A stretch of 49,644 bases of DNA, from positions 1 to 49,644 of the forward strand of contig JBJKYD010000008.1 of the NCBI GenBank assembly GCA_045561295.1, read 5' to 3'. This stretch comes from Gammaproteobacteria bacterium. GTDB taxonomy: Bacteria > Pseudomonadota > Gammaproteobacteria > GCA-002705445 > GCA-002716945. Of this stretch, positions 27,736 through 38,241 are shown one piece after another. The translations under genes were made by a program, and so were the position numbers. The notes under the pieces are model-generated. The model saw only the letters and a program-made list of their open reading frames with translations. It searched no databases and was not told the origin of the DNA. The stretch's first letter is position 1, and each line of letters opens with the position of its first letter.

Positions 27736-28719
27736 ATGGATATAAACCATACTGACTTAGAAAAATTACTAAAAGAAGATCTCGATTCGTGTAACAAAGA
27801 GCATGATTTACTTCAAATTAAATCTAAATATCTTGGGAAAAAAGGACACCTTACTTCATTATTTACATCACTAAAAAATATTAACCCAGATAAGCGTAAA
27901 ACTTTTGGCGCTGAACTTAATAATATTAAAAATACTCTCTCTTCCATGATAGAGATTAAACTTATTAGTTTAAGATCTTCGAATGAAGTTCCAGAAAAAA
28001 TAGATTTAGATGTACCAGCTAGACATCACAACAATGGATCCCATCACCCGATTTCATTGATTATAAAAAAGATAGAAAATATTTTTTTAGAGTATGGATT
28101 TGATATTCATGATGGACCTGAAATTGAAACTGAACATTACAATTTTGAATCACTAAATATAGCAAAAAATCATCCTGCACGTGATATGCACGATACATTT
28201 TATTTTGACAGTCAATTGCTTTTAAGAACGCATACATCTTCTGTTCAAATCCATGCAATGGAAACATCTAATGCCCCATTCAGGGTGTTGGCTCCAGGAA
28301 GAGTTTATCGTTGTGACTCTGACCCTACACACTCACCAATGTTTCATCAAATAGAGGGACTATGTGTAGATACAGATATAACTTTCAGTAATCTTAAATG
28401 GATTCTGAATAATTTCATAAAAGAGTTTTTCAATAGCAAAAGTATTAAAACTAGATTTAGACCATCATATTTTCCATTCACAGAACCATCAGCGGAGATG
28501 GATATTATGTTTAATGGTAAGTGGTTAGAGGTTTTAGGGTGCGGCATGGTTCATCCAAATGTACTAAAGAATGTAAATATTAATCCAAAAAAATACTCAG
28601 GATTTGCATTTGGATTAGGTATCGAGAGATTTGCAATGCTAGCTTATCAAATAAAAGACTTAAGGATCTTTTTTGAAAACGATATCAATTTCTTGGAACA
28701 ATTTAAAAATATTAGATAA
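27736..28719 (+). CDS. pheS: Phenylalanyl-tRNA synthetase alpha subunit
   Basis: HPARDMHDTFY, LRTHTS, FHQIEG, YFPFTEPS, GFAFGLGIER. Confidence 0.98.
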   Translation: MDINHTDLEKLLKEDLDSCNKEHDLLQIKSKYLGKKGHLTSLFTSLKNINPDKRKTFGAELNNIKNTLSSMIEIKLISLRSSNEVPEKIDLDVPARHHNNGSHHPISLIIKKIENIFLEYGFDIHDGPEIETEHYNFESLNIAKNHPARDMHDTFYFDSQLLLRTHTSSVQIHAMETSNAPFRVLAPGRVYRCDSDPTHSPMFHQIEGLCVDTDITFSNLKWILNNFIKEFFNSKSIKTRFRPSYFPFTEPSAEMDIMFNGKWLEVLGCGMVHPNVLKNVNINPKKYSGFAFGLGIERFAMLAYQIKDLRIFFENDINFLEQFKNIR

Positions 28720-28721
28720 TT

Positions 28722-30707
28722 ATGAAGATAAGTAAAAATTGGCTTGCTGAATACATCTCTCCACTCAAGAGTAATATCGCTCTTGAAAGCGACCTAACAA
28801 AGCTTGGCCTTGAAGTTGATACTATAGTAAAAAATAAAAATGATTATATTATTGATATCGAATTTACTCCAAATCGAGGTGATTGTTTATCTGTCTATGG
28901 CACAGCAAGAGATCTTGCGGCATATAATAAAAAAAATATAAAAAAACCAATCAACTCTCCATTCACATACGTAAAAGAAAATAAAAAAATAAAGAATATT
29001 GATTCATCTATTTCTCCAGAATATAGATATATGGAGCTTAAGAATATAGATGTTAAAGCCAAGACCCCCAAATTTATTATTGAAAGACTTGATAAATCTG
29101 ATATCGCATCCATAAATATTATTGTGGATATTTCTAATTATGTAATGCTAGAGATTGGTCAGCCTACACATGCATTCGACTTAGACAAAATACATGGAAA
29201 ACTCAGTATAGAAAAGCTTCAGAAAAAAAACAATTTCATAGGCATAGACAATAAAGAATATATAGTCGCAAAAGGAACCGAAGTCATAGTAGATGAGAAA
29301 AATATAATTCATGCGTTACCAGGTGTAATTGGAAGCAATATTTCTAAAGTTGATATTGAGACAAAAAATATCCTTTTTGAGGGTGCATTTTTTTTACCAG
29401 ATGTAGTCAGAGCATTATCAAGAAAATATAGAATACAAACTGATTCTTCTTACAGATTTGAAAGAGGTGTCGATTATAACTTGGCCGATTTCGCTCTTTC
29501 GAGAGTGCATTACTTATTATCTCAAGTTACTGATTTAGATAAATGTAAAATTATTAAGATAAGCCATAAACATAAACTAACAAAAATGAAATCATTTGAC
29601 TTTGATGCTAAGCTTTTTAAAAGAATATTGGGAATAGACATTGGTATCAAAAAGATTAAATCTATACTCATTGATTTAGGTATATCTTTCAAAGCTAAAA
29701 AAGTTATCATCCCGAGTTATAGATTTGATATAACAAATAATTATGATTTAGTAGAAGAAGTCAGTAGAATCTATGGCTTTGACAATATACCCGAAGTTCC
29801 GTTAGATGCTCATTACAGTAAGCCATGCAACAAGTTAAACATAAATGAAAAACTCGTGACGCTTGGGTATAAAGAAGTTATCAATTTTACCTTCATATCT
29901 CGTAATTACATGAAAAATACTAGAGAGTTAAAACTTGAAAATCCAATATCAATGGAGAAATCTGTTATGAGAGAATCTTTGATACCTGGATTACTGTCAA
30001 ATATTGCGTATAACGCGAATAGAAAACACAAAAGCATTAACATCTTTGAAAGAGGAAAGACATACCATAGGGATAAATCTAAAATAATAGAATCAAACAA
30101 AATATCAGCAGTAATATATGGCAACAAAGCATCGACAGACTTGGTATCTAATAATTATAAATATGGAATTGGTGATTTAAAATCAGATATATTATCCATC
30201 CTCCCGAATGTTACTTTTATGGCAACTGATAAATCAACATATTTTGATAATAACAACTCGCTAACTTTGCTTTTATGCAACAAAATTATTGGACAATGCG
30301 GGCTTGTTTCTCATCACATAATTAAGGATTTTGACATCAGAGGTAATATTTTCGGATTTGAGATATTGGAAGATGATCTGAATCATGAAAGCAATGTAAT
30401 ATTCGCTGAAATTTCTCAGTTCCCAGCCGTATACAAAGATATTACATTAATGACAAATAGTGACAATAATATCTTAAAGATTATTGATGAAATTAGAAAA
30501 GATAGCTATAAATATATGAAAAATATAAGAATAAAAGATATATTTATTAATAAAGATAACTTACAATCAAATAATAGAAGCGTTACTTTAGAGATATGTC
30601 TTCAATCTAATAGCAAAACTCTGAGTGATAAAGATATCAGTGATGATATCAATAAGGTAGTAGAAGATTTGAAAAATATACATAAATTACGCCTAAAAGA
30701 AGCCTAA
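28722..30707 (+). CDS. pheT: Phenylalanyl-tRNA synthetase beta subunit (short form lacking the B2 domain)
   Basis: [57 protein letters not shown]. Confidence 0.95.
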   Translation: MKISKNWLAEYISPLKSNIALESDLTKLGLEVDTIVKNKNDYIIDIEFTPNRGDCLSVYGTARDLAAYNKKNIKKPINSPFTYVKENKKIKNIDSSISPEYRYMELKNIDVKAKTPKFIIERLDKSDIASINIIVDISNYVMLEIGQPTHAFDLDKIHGKLSIEKLQKKNNFIGIDNKEYIVAKGTEVIVDEKNIIHALPGVIGSNISKVDIETKNILFEGAFFLPDVVRALSRKYRIQTDSSYRFERGVDYNLADFALSRVHYLLSQVTDLDKCKIIKISHKHKLTKMKSFDFDAKLFKRILGIDIGIKKIKSILIDLGISFKAKKVIIPSYRFDITNNYDLVEEVSRIYGFDNIPEVPLDAHYSKPCNKLNINEKLVTLGYKEVINFTFISRNYMKNTRELKLENPISMEKSVMRESLIPGLLSNIAYNANRKHKSINIFERGKTYHRDKSKIIESNKISAVIYGNKASTDLVSNNYKYGIGDLKSDILSILPNVTFMATDKSTYFDNNNSLTLLLCNKIIGQCGLVSHHIIKDFDIRGNIFGFEILEDDLNHESNVIFAEISQFPAVYKDITLMTNSDNNILKIIDEIRKDSYKYMKNIRIKDIFINKDNLQSNNRSVTLEICLQSNSKTLSDKDISDDINKVVEDLKNIHKLRLKEA

Positions 30708-30709
30708 AT

Positions 30710-31006
30710 ATGACTATAACAAAAGATTCTCTAGTAGAAATGGTTCACAATGAAGTAGGGCTGAATAAAAGAGAAGCAAAAGAGTTGATCGAGTGCTTTT
30801 TTGAGCAGATTAAAGCATCTCTCGAAAATGGAAATGATATAAAATTATCTGGTTTTGGCAACTTTATGCTCAGAAATAAGTCCCCTAGACCGGGTAGAAA
30901 TCCAAAAACTGGCGAGGAGGTAACAATTTCAGAAAGAAGGGTGGTTACATTTAAATCAGGATTAAAGCTAAAGTCTAAGTTAGAGGCCTATGATGGAAAC
31001 GAATAA
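30710..31006 (+). CDS. ihfA: Integration host factor alpha subunit
   Basis: [25 protein letters not shown]; follows pheT. Confidence 0.96.
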   Translation: MTITKDSLVEMVHNEVGLNKREAKELIECFFEQIKASLENGNDIKLSGFGNFMLRNKSPRPGRNPKTGEEVTISERRVVTFKSGLKLKSKLEAYDGNE

Positions 31007-31331
31007 CTCTATTGAGATACCTAATAAAAGATACTTCACAATAGGAGAAGTTTCAAAAATAACACACATAAAAACTCATATTTTAAGATATTGGGAAAAA
31101 GAGTTTGAAGTTTTGGAGCCAATAAAAAGAAAGGGCAATAGGAGGTACTACACTCAAAATGACATACTAACGATACTTAAAATAAATGACCTTATTTCAT
31201 CCCACGGTTTTACAATTGAGGGTGCAAAACAAAAATTACATTCAACATCAAATTCCTCTAACGAAGAGAACCCTACTTTATTATTATTAAAAAAAGATAT
31301 TCAAAAAATAATAGATGTCCTTGATAAATAA
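30993..31331 (+). CDS. MerR-family transcriptional regulator (the type usually found after ihfA)
   Basis: [35 protein letters not shown]. Confidence 0.92.
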   Translation: METNNSIEIPNKRYFTIGEVSKITHIKTHILRYWEKEFEVLEPIKRKGNRRYYTQNDILTILKINDLISSHGFTIEGAKQKLHSTSNSSNEENPTLLLLKKDIQKIIDVLDK

Positions 31332-31977
31332 GGGTATTATATATTCACCTTCCTTCGAGTACAGTAAACAGGAAGTCGTCAAACAAAATGACTTCAGATA
31401 TTACAAATTCAGTGATCTTTTGGTTCCGAGCGTTACATCCATACTAAGAATATCAAGGCCTAAACAAACATTTAATCATTCATCAAAACAAGCTGATTCA
31501 TTTGAAATTGGAAATCTTATGCATGAATACCTTGATTGTTATGTTACGGGTAAGAAAATAGAGAATCCAGACTTAGAAAACTCGAAAATCGCACTAAAAC
31601 TTAGTGAAGTAATAATAAATAATATTTTCCCAAAAATTGATACCTTTATCTCAACTGAAGCAACAGTCCATAATAATCATGAATATGCAGGAACACTTGA
31701 TTTACTGGCTTTGGTGGATGGTAAACTTACTATTATCGATTACAAGTCATCGTATAGACCAAAAAGTAGCCCTCAAATTGATGAACATTTTCAACAACTA
31801 GCTGCATATGCTTTAGCTCATGATAATATGCATAATACAAAGATAGAACAAGCAATGATATTTGTAGTATATAAAGAATCTTATAAATATGAGATACTTA
31901 CGTCAGAATTATCATTACTAAATAAATATAAGTTAATGTGGAATGAAACACTCGACTATTATAAGGAGATATCTTGA
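31315..31977 (+). CDS. PD-(D/E)XK-superfamily exonuclease (phage/MGME1-like)
   Basis: PSVTSIL, GNLMH, TE, YAGTLD, IIDYKSS and QLAAYA correspond to RecB-like nuclease motifs. There is no Cas4-type four-Cys set. Confidence 0.8.
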   Translation: MSLINKGIIYSPSFEYSKQEVVKQNDFRYYKFSDLLVPSVTSILRISRPKQTFNHSSKQADSFEIGNLMHEYLDCYVTGKKIENPDLENSKIALKLSEVIINNIFPKIDTFISTEATVHNNHEYAGTLDLLALVDGKLTIIDYKSSYRPKSSPQIDEHFQQLAAYALAHDNMHNTKIEQAMIFVVYKESYKYEILTSELSLLNKYKLMWNETLDYYKEIS

Positions 31978-33099
31978 TGACTAAACTAAGAGAGCAGGCA
32001 ATTGAAACTCTAGAGCATATCAAAGAAAATAAAGTCAAATTTTCTGAGTTAAGGGGGTTGGTTTGACTATAACTCTCTTGATAAAAAAATCAGCAACATA
32101 AATAATGACCTTAATGACCCACATGTATGGGAAGATAGAAACTTAACGACCGAGCTCAACAAAAAGCTAAAGCTTCACACAAACTTAAAAAATAGCATTG
32201 ATTCTATTAGCTCAGATTTAGAATTGGTCTCATATACCCTTGAGTCAATTATTACAGATGCAGATAATATCGAAGATGACAATTTAATTAATGAGATGAT
32301 AGAGCTGCAAAAAAAAGCCTCAAAAGAACTTGATACACTCTCATTTAGACAATTATTCAAAGGGGAAAATGATTACGCAGATGCTTACATTGACATTCAA
32401 TCAGGCTCTGGTGGAACAGAAGCTCAAGATTGGGTCGCAATGATAATGAGGATGTATCTAAAATGGACAGAGAAACATTCATTTGATACAGAAATAACAG
32501 AATCGAGCGAAGGGGATGTGGCTGGATTTAAAAATGTCACCATTAAAGTCAATGGCGATCATGCATACGGATGGTTAAGAACAGAAACAGGCGTTCATAG
32601 ATTAGTCAGGAAATCTCCATTTGATTCTGGCAATAGAAGACACACATCCTTTGCATCTGTTTTTATATATCCACAAGTTGATGATTCTTTTGAAATAGAT
32701 ATTAATCCATCTGATCTTCGAATAGATGTTTTTAGAGCAAGTGGAGCCGGTGGCCAGCATGTGAATACAACTGAGTCCGCTGTGAGAATAACACATCTTC
32801 CTACTAAGCTAGTTGTTCAATGTCAAAATGGTAGATCTCAACATAAAAATAAAGAATCAGCAATGAAACAGTTACGTGCTAAACTGTATGCATACGAATT
32901 AAATAAAAAAAATGAAATAAAGAATCAAATTGAGTCTGAGAAGTCTGATATAAGCTGGGGAAATCAGATTAGGTCATACGTACTAGATGATTCAAGAATA
33001 AAAGATCTAAGAACTAATTATGAAACTGGAAATACACAATCTGTTTTGGACGGTAATTTAGATGATTTTATTCAGGAAAGTTTAAAAAGAGGTTTTTAA
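31977..33099 (+). CDS. prfB: Peptide chain release factor 2, expressed via a programmed +1 frameshift at 32061-32067 (about 373 aa)
   Basis: ATG 31977 reads to an in-frame TGA at 32064-32066. The +1 frame continues DYNSLDKK...DPHVWED into ORF 32224..33099, which has SPF (KSPFD) and GGQ motifs. Confidence 0.95.
32052..32067 (+). promoter_or_regulatory. prfB frameshift cassette: internal SD, slippery codon and stop
   Basis: AGGGGG-TTG-GTT-TGA-C has the same geometry as the canonical AGGGGG-TAT-CTT-TGA-C. Confidence 0.85.
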
Positions 33100-34569
33100 A
33101 TGTCAGAAGATAATAAATTAATTATTGAACGAAAAAAGAAATTAGAAGAGCTTTCATCTCTAACAAAATTATATCCAAACTCTTTCAAACGTAATACTAA
33201 TAGCCATGATCTAAGACAAAAATTTGATAAAAAAACCAAAGAGGAGTTAGAATCAGAAGAAGGAATATTTTCTGTAAGCGGAAGATTATTAACTGTAAGA
33301 AAGATGGGTAATTCAACTTTTGCTAATCTCCATGATGACTCCGGTAAGATACAACTATTTTTATCAAAAAATGGAACTGGCAAGGACATGTATAAGCTTC
33401 TTGATCACACTGATTTAGGAGATATTGTTGGAGCGAAAGGAAGAATATTCAAAACAAAAACTGGTGAGTTATCGATTAACGTCACAGAATATAACGTTCT
33501 ATCAAAATCATTAAGACCTCTCCCAGAGAAATACCATGGACTCTCTGACATTGAGATAAAATATCGGCAAAGATATTTGGACTTAATGATTTCTGAGGAC
33601 TCGAGAAAAGTATTCAAAGATCGTATTAATATTGTTTCGAAGATAAGAAAATTCTTTGAAGAGGAAGCCTACTTAGAAGTTGAAACACCTATGATGCATC
33701 CTATAGCAGGAGGTGCAGCAGCTAAACCTTTCGTGACTCATCACAACAGTTTAGATATGGATTTATATTTAAGAATTGCTCCTGAATTATACTTAAAAAG
33801 ACTAATTATAGGGGGATTTGAAAAAGTTTTTGAAATCAATAGAAGCTTTAGAAACGAAGGACTTTCTGTAAAACATAATCCAGAATTTACTATGATTGAA
33901 TTCTACGCAGCCTATGAAGATTACGATTATCTTATGAATTTTATAGAACGACTAATTCGATCTCTGATTAACTCTGTTGGTTTAAGTGAATCATTTAAAT
34001 ATCAAGATTTTGAGATAGATACAAAAAAATCATTTGAAAGACTGAATTTTCATCAATCTATAATCAAGTATTGTGATGGCATAGCTATTGAGAATATAAA
34101 TGATTATTCTGCTCTTGAGAGCTTTTGTAAATTAAATGACATTGATATAACAATCAAAGGATCTATACATAAAACGCAGTTAGATATTTTTGATAAAATA
34201 GTTGAAAGTAAGCTTATCAACCCAACTTTCATAACAGAATATCCAACAGCAGTTTCACCTCTATCACGAAGATCAGATGATAATCCGGAAGTTGTTGAAA
34301 GATTTGAGTTATTTATTGCAGGAAGAGAAATTGCTAATGGTTTCTCTGAACTTAATGATCCACAAGACCAAGCGCAAAGATTTAGCGAACAGTTAGAAAC
34401 AGATGATGAAAAAATGAATTATGATTCTGATTTCATTACTGCTATGGAGTATGGTATGCCACCAACAGCTGGAGCAGGAATCGGGATAGATAGACTTGTG
34501 ATGTTACTGACTAACTCAGCATCTATAAGAGACGTATTATTTTTTCCGTTAATGAAGCCTAAGACTTAA
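33100..34569 (+). CDS. lysS: Lysyl-tRNA synthetase (class II)
   Basis: YRQRYLDL, EVETPMM, LRIAPELYLKRL, HNPEFT, GMPPTAGAGIGIDRL. Confidence 0.98.
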   Translation: MSEDNKLIIERKKKLEELSSLTKLYPNSFKRNTNSHDLRQKFDKKTKEELESEEGIFSVSGRLLTVRKMGNSTFANLHDDSGKIQLFLSKNGTGKDMYKLLDHTDLGDIVGAKGRIFKTKTGELSINVTEYNVLSKSLRPLPEKYHGLSDIEIKYRQRYLDLMISEDSRKVFKDRINIVSKIRKFFEEEAYLEVETPMMHPIAGGAAAKPFVTHHNSLDMDLYLRIAPELYLKRLIIGGFEKVFEINRSFRNEGLSVKHNPEFTMIEFYAAYEDYDYLMNFIERLIRSLINSVGLSESFKYQDFEIDTKKSFERLNFHQSIIKYCDGIAIENINDYSALESFCKLNDIDITIKGSIHKTQLDIFDKIVESKLINPTFITEYPTAVSPLSRRSDDNPEVVERFELFIAGREIANGFSELNDPQDQAQRFSEQLETDDEKMNYDSDFITAMEYGMPPTAGAGIGIDRLVMLLTNSASIRDVLFFPLMKPKT

Positions 34570-34794
34570 GAAATCAAACTCTGTAATTGAGAAAAGAAAT
34601 TATTATTAATTTTGTCAAAGCTATATTCTTTTGCTTGAGAAATAATTTCAATTTCACTGTTATTAAACTTAATTCTTATGACACTCTTCTCAAGAGGGTA
34701 AATCTCAATATTATTAGCCATGAACTTGATACTCAGCATTGTTGATATCTAAGTATTGTTCAATTAATGAAATTGAATCATGAACATTATTCAT
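34566..34794 (-). CDS. Small hypothetical protein downstream of purB (about 75 aa with one apparent frameshift, or 51-57 aa from an internal ATG)
   Basis: ATG 34794 overlaps the purB end: MNNVHDSISLIEQYLDINNAEYQVH, then a shifted frame NNIEIYPLEK...LQSLIS* ending at 34566. It fills the lysS-purB gap exactly. Confidence 0.45.
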
Positions 34795-36148
34795 CACATA
34801 GTTTAGAAGCGTAACCGATGTATTTTCTTGGAGTGAGTTTTGCAAGATTATTTTTCTCACTTTCTGGAATATTTAAGCTATTAATAATCTTCAATATTAT
34901 TTCCTGATTAACTTTTTCTCCTCTTGTATACTTTTTTAAGTACTCATAAGAATCAGGTATGTGATGTTTTCTAGCTACCATCTGTATTGGTTCTGCTAAA
35001 ATCTCCCAACTATTATCAATATCTTTATTAATATTATGTTTGTTAATATCAAGTTTATTTAATCCTATTAATATATTTTTATATGCAATTATAGAATATG
35101 CGAACGTTAGTCCAAGATTTCTCAAGACTGTAGAATCAGAGAGATCCCTTTGTAGTCGTGAGATTGTAAGTTTGTTTGCAAAAAAATGACTCAAAGCGTT
35201 ACTCATCCCAAGATTGCCCTCAGCGTTTTCGAAATTGATTGGATTGATTTTATGCGGCATCGTCGAAGAACCAATTTCTCCAGAAATATTTTTCTGAGTG
35301 AAATACCCTTTAGAAATATATGACCAGATATCTTGTGTAAAACCTATTAGAATAGAATTTATATGATTAATCCTATTGCACAATTCAGCAATATAATCAT
35401 GGGGCTCTATTTGAGTTGTATGAGAATTTAACTCAATTTTAAGACTTGAGAGATATCTTTTGATATTTTTTGGCCAATCTATATTTGGATAAGCAATACT
35501 ATGTGCAGAATAATTACCAGTTGCACCATTAAACTTACCTTTTATCTTGATTTCTTTAAGACCATCTATTTGAATCAATAATCTTTTTTGAAAATTAATA
35601 AATTCTTTTCCCATGGTTGAGGGTGAAGCTGGCTGACCATGCGTATGTGATAATATAGGAACATTCTTATATCTCTTACTCATTGCTTTAAGTTTTTTTT
35701 GTAATAAATCGGTTTGATGCAATAGAACTTCTCTTGCATCTTTAAGCATCAAAGCATAAGCAATATTATTTATGTCTTCAGATGTACAACATATGTGGAT
35801 ATGTTCTTTATGCTTATATATATTTTTATTTGATTTGATTTTTTCTTTAATAAAGTATTCAACAGCCTTAACATCATGTTTAGTTGTTTCTTCAATCCTT
35901 TTTACTCTTTTAGAATCTTGGTTACTGAAATTTAAATAGAGCCCTCTAAGTGTTTTAATTTGATTATCGGAGTACTTGGGAAGAGATTTAATGCCAGCAA
36001 GATTCGATAAAAAGATAAGCCATTCAATTTCAACTTTCACACGAGTTTTTATTAGATTATGTTCAGAAAAAATCTTGTTAATATCATCACATAAGGTTTC
36101 ATATCTTCCGTCTGTAGGAGAGGCAATATTGAGATTATATTTTTTCAT
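34787..36148 (-). CDS. purB: Adenylosuccinate lyase
   Basis: SPTDGRY, HDVKAVEY, TSEDINN, THGQPA, GSSTMPHKINP, SRLQRDLSDSTVLRN. Confidence 0.97.
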   Translation of the reverse strand: MKKYNLNIASPTDGRYETLCDDINKIFSEHNLIKTRVKVEIEWLIFLSNLAGIKSLPKYSDNQIKTLRGLYLNFSNQDSKRVKRIEETTKHDVKAVEYFIKEKIKSNKNIYKHKEHIHICCTSEDINNIAYALMLKDAREVLLHQTDLLQKKLKAMSKRYKNVPILSHTHGQPASPSTMGKEFINFQKRLLIQIDGLKEIKIKGKFNGATGNYSAHSIAYPNIDWPKNIKRYLSSLKIELNSHTTQIEPHDYIAELCNRINHINSILIGFTQDIWSYISKGYFTQKNISGEIGSSTMPHKINPINFENAEGNLGMSNALSHFFANKLTISRLQRDLSDSTVLRNLGLTFAYSIIAYKNILIGLNKLDINKHNINKDIDNSWEILAEPIQMVARKHHIPDSYEYLKKYTRGEKVNQEIILKIINSLNIPESEKNNLAKLTPRKYIGYASKLCDE

Positions 36149-36213
36149 ATTAAACAGCTTTTTAAAATGGTATTATAACACATAATTAACATTAATAATA
36201 TTTAGCGTGTTAA

Positions 36214-37593
36214 ATGAAAAAAAATAATAATAGGATTGAATCTGACTCATTAGGAAAAGTTAAAGTTCCGAAAAATGCCCTGTATGGCGCTCAAACACAA
36301 CGAGCGATAGATAACTTTAAAATTAGCGGCATTACTTTTGATCCTGCTTTTATCCAAGCTTTAGCTAGTCTAAAAAATGCATGCGCAAATGCTAATCTAA
36401 AGTGTAAAACATTAACTAATTCAAAAGCATCATGTATTTCAACAATTAGTAAGAAAATATCTAATAATCCTCTAGACTATATTGATCATTTTCCAGTTGA
36501 TATTTTTCAAACTGGTTCAGGAACTAGTACGAATATGAATATGAATGAGGTCATCTCTGAGGTTGCTAAAAGGGTTCATAAAAAATCAATACATCCTAAT
36601 GATGATGTTAACATGTCTCAAAGCTCAAATGATGTAATACCAACTACTATTAATATATCAAGTTTGACAATGAGCAAAACGCTTTCAACTTCATTAAACT
36701 TTTTATCTGAATCAATAAACAAGAAAGCTAAATCTTTATCACATATTATTAAATCTGGAAGAACTCATTTAATGGATGCTGTTCCAATATCTTTTGAACA
36801 AGAGCTTAATGTTTGGGAAGAGCAGGTTAGAGCATCTCAAGCTCAAGTGGACCTTTCTTGTGAAGAAATATCTTATTTACCTATAGGGGGAACTGCTATT
36901 GGAACTGGAATCAATGCTCCTAAGATGTTCGCAAAAAATGTTTGTAATGAATTAAACAAAATTTATAAAGAACTCAAAATTAAATTTAAACCTCTACTTG
37001 TAAAAGGTGAAATGATGAGCTCACAAAACCATATTCTAACTTTAAGCTCTTCTTTGACAAGATATGCTTCTTGCCTAACTAAAATAGCGAATGATATTCG
37101 CTGGATGAATAGTGGACCTATTTCAGGACTATCTGAAATATCTTTGAAACCACTCCAGCCTGGAAGCAGTATCATGCCAGGAAAGATTAATCCTGTAATA
37201 TCTGAATCAATCCTGATGGCTGCTGCTCATGTTAATGGAAACCACGTTACTATAATGCAGGCAAGTACCAGTGGAAGTTTTCAACTGAATACTATGTTAC
37301 CTTTGATAGCACATAATATCATCGAGTCACTATATCTAATGATTAATTGTACATTTAGTATGATTGAACTAATTGATAGTTTTAGTGTCAACGAGGATAA
37401 AGTTAAAGACAATCTATTTAGAAATCCTATTATTGCCACAAAACTTAATCAGGTCATTGGATATGATTTAGCCTCTAAAATAGTCAAAGAGGCTTATAAA
37501 ACAAATAGTTCTATTTTTGATATTGCAGAAAAAATGACGTCTCTTACTAAGTCAGAATTGATTAAAATACTAGATCCAAAAAAACTTATATAA
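36214..37593 (+). CDS. fumC: Fumarate hydratase class II
   Basis: YGAQTQRA, FQTGSGTSTNMN, HPNDDVNMSQSSND, GRTHLMDA, GSSIMPGKINP. Confidence 0.93.
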   Translation: MKKNNNRIESDSLGKVKVPKNALYGAQTQRAIDNFKISGITFDPAFIQALASLKNACANANLKCKTLTNSKASCISTISKKISNNPLDYIDHFPVDIFQTGSGTSTNMNMNEVISEVAKRVHKKSIHPNDDVNMSQSSNDVIPTTINISSLTMSKTLSTSLNFLSESINKKAKSLSHIIKSGRTHLMDAVPISFEQELNVWEEQVRASQAQVDLSCEEISYLPIGGTAIGTGINAPKMFAKNVCNELNKIYKELKIKFKPLLVKGEMMSSQNHILTLSSSLTRYASCLTKIANDIRWMNSGPISGLSEISLKPLQPGSSIMPGKINPVISESILMAAAHVNGNHVTIMQASTSGSFQLNTMLPLIAHNIIESLYLMINCTFSMIELIDSFSVNEDKVKDNLFRNPIIATKLNQVIGYDLASKIVKEAYKTNSSIFDIAEKMTSLTKSELIKILDPKKLI

Positions 37594-38241
37594 ATGAGTA
37601 AATCGAGCATAGATAATATTTTTATCTACTGGATTTATTTTATTTCTCTTATTTTTTTAGCATCTTATGCTTTAGAGTCTCTAGGATTTATATCTAGTAT
37701 ATTTCAGGAAGATATTAGCTATTTAACATCCCTGATTACTTTTATTCTTATCTTTTACTTATTTCAATGTGGTTATTATCTATATAAGCTCAGAGATGCA
37801 GTATTTTTCATTGAAACAAAAACTCATTATGATGATAGCAACCCTTTTATAATAATCTTAAGCGAATTTCAAATTGCAAATAATATTTTAAAAGATAAGC
37901 CTAAAGCATCACTACATGAAGAGTTTAAACTCAAACTTTATGAATTTGTTGATAATGGTTTTTTTATTTCTGACCTATTATTAAAATTAGGAATTATTGG
38001 GACAGTAATAGGCTTTATAATCATGTTAAGTTCCCTATCGGCTATAGATGAAATGAATATATCTAAAATGAACAATTTATTGCTCAGTATGAGCGCAGGA
38101 ATGAAAGTTGCTTTATACACAACTCTAACTGGACTAATTGGATCTATACTTTTATCAATTCAGTATAATTTTTTTGAAACTAAAATTAATATGTTTATTA
38201 ATCTAGTCATTAATATAGATAATTATGAGAAGAAGAAATAG
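37594..38241 (+). CDS. MotA/TolQ/ExbB proton-channel family membrane protein
   Basis: About four hydrophobic helices; LGIIGTVIG and GMKVALYTTLTGL are the family's last two TM signatures. Confidence 0.85.
   Translation: MSKSSIDNIFIYWIYFISLIFLASYALESLGFISSIFQEDISYLTSLITFILIFYLFQCGYYLYKLRDAVFFIETKTHYDDSNPFIIILSEFQIANNILKDKPKASLHEEFKLKLYEFVDNGFFISDLLLKLGIIGTVIGFIIMLSSLSAIDEMNISKMNNLLLSMSAGMKVALYTTLTGLIGSILLSIQYNFFETKINMFINLVINIDNYEKKK

Noticed and set aside
31315-31977. Cas4 / CRISPR-associated nuclease
   Set aside because: It has only one Cys, so no four-Cys Fe-S set, and there are no cas genes or repeat-spacer array in the window.
32064-32066. prfB as a pseudogene or sequencing-error frameshift
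   Set aside because: The stop lies at the conserved position with an intact internal SD and TGAC context, as expected for programmed recoding.
36188-36212. TTAACA...TGTTAA inverted repeat between purB and fumC as a regulator site
   Set aside because: It is short and AT-only apart from two positions, so it is expected by chance at this base composition, and I cannot assign a regulator.
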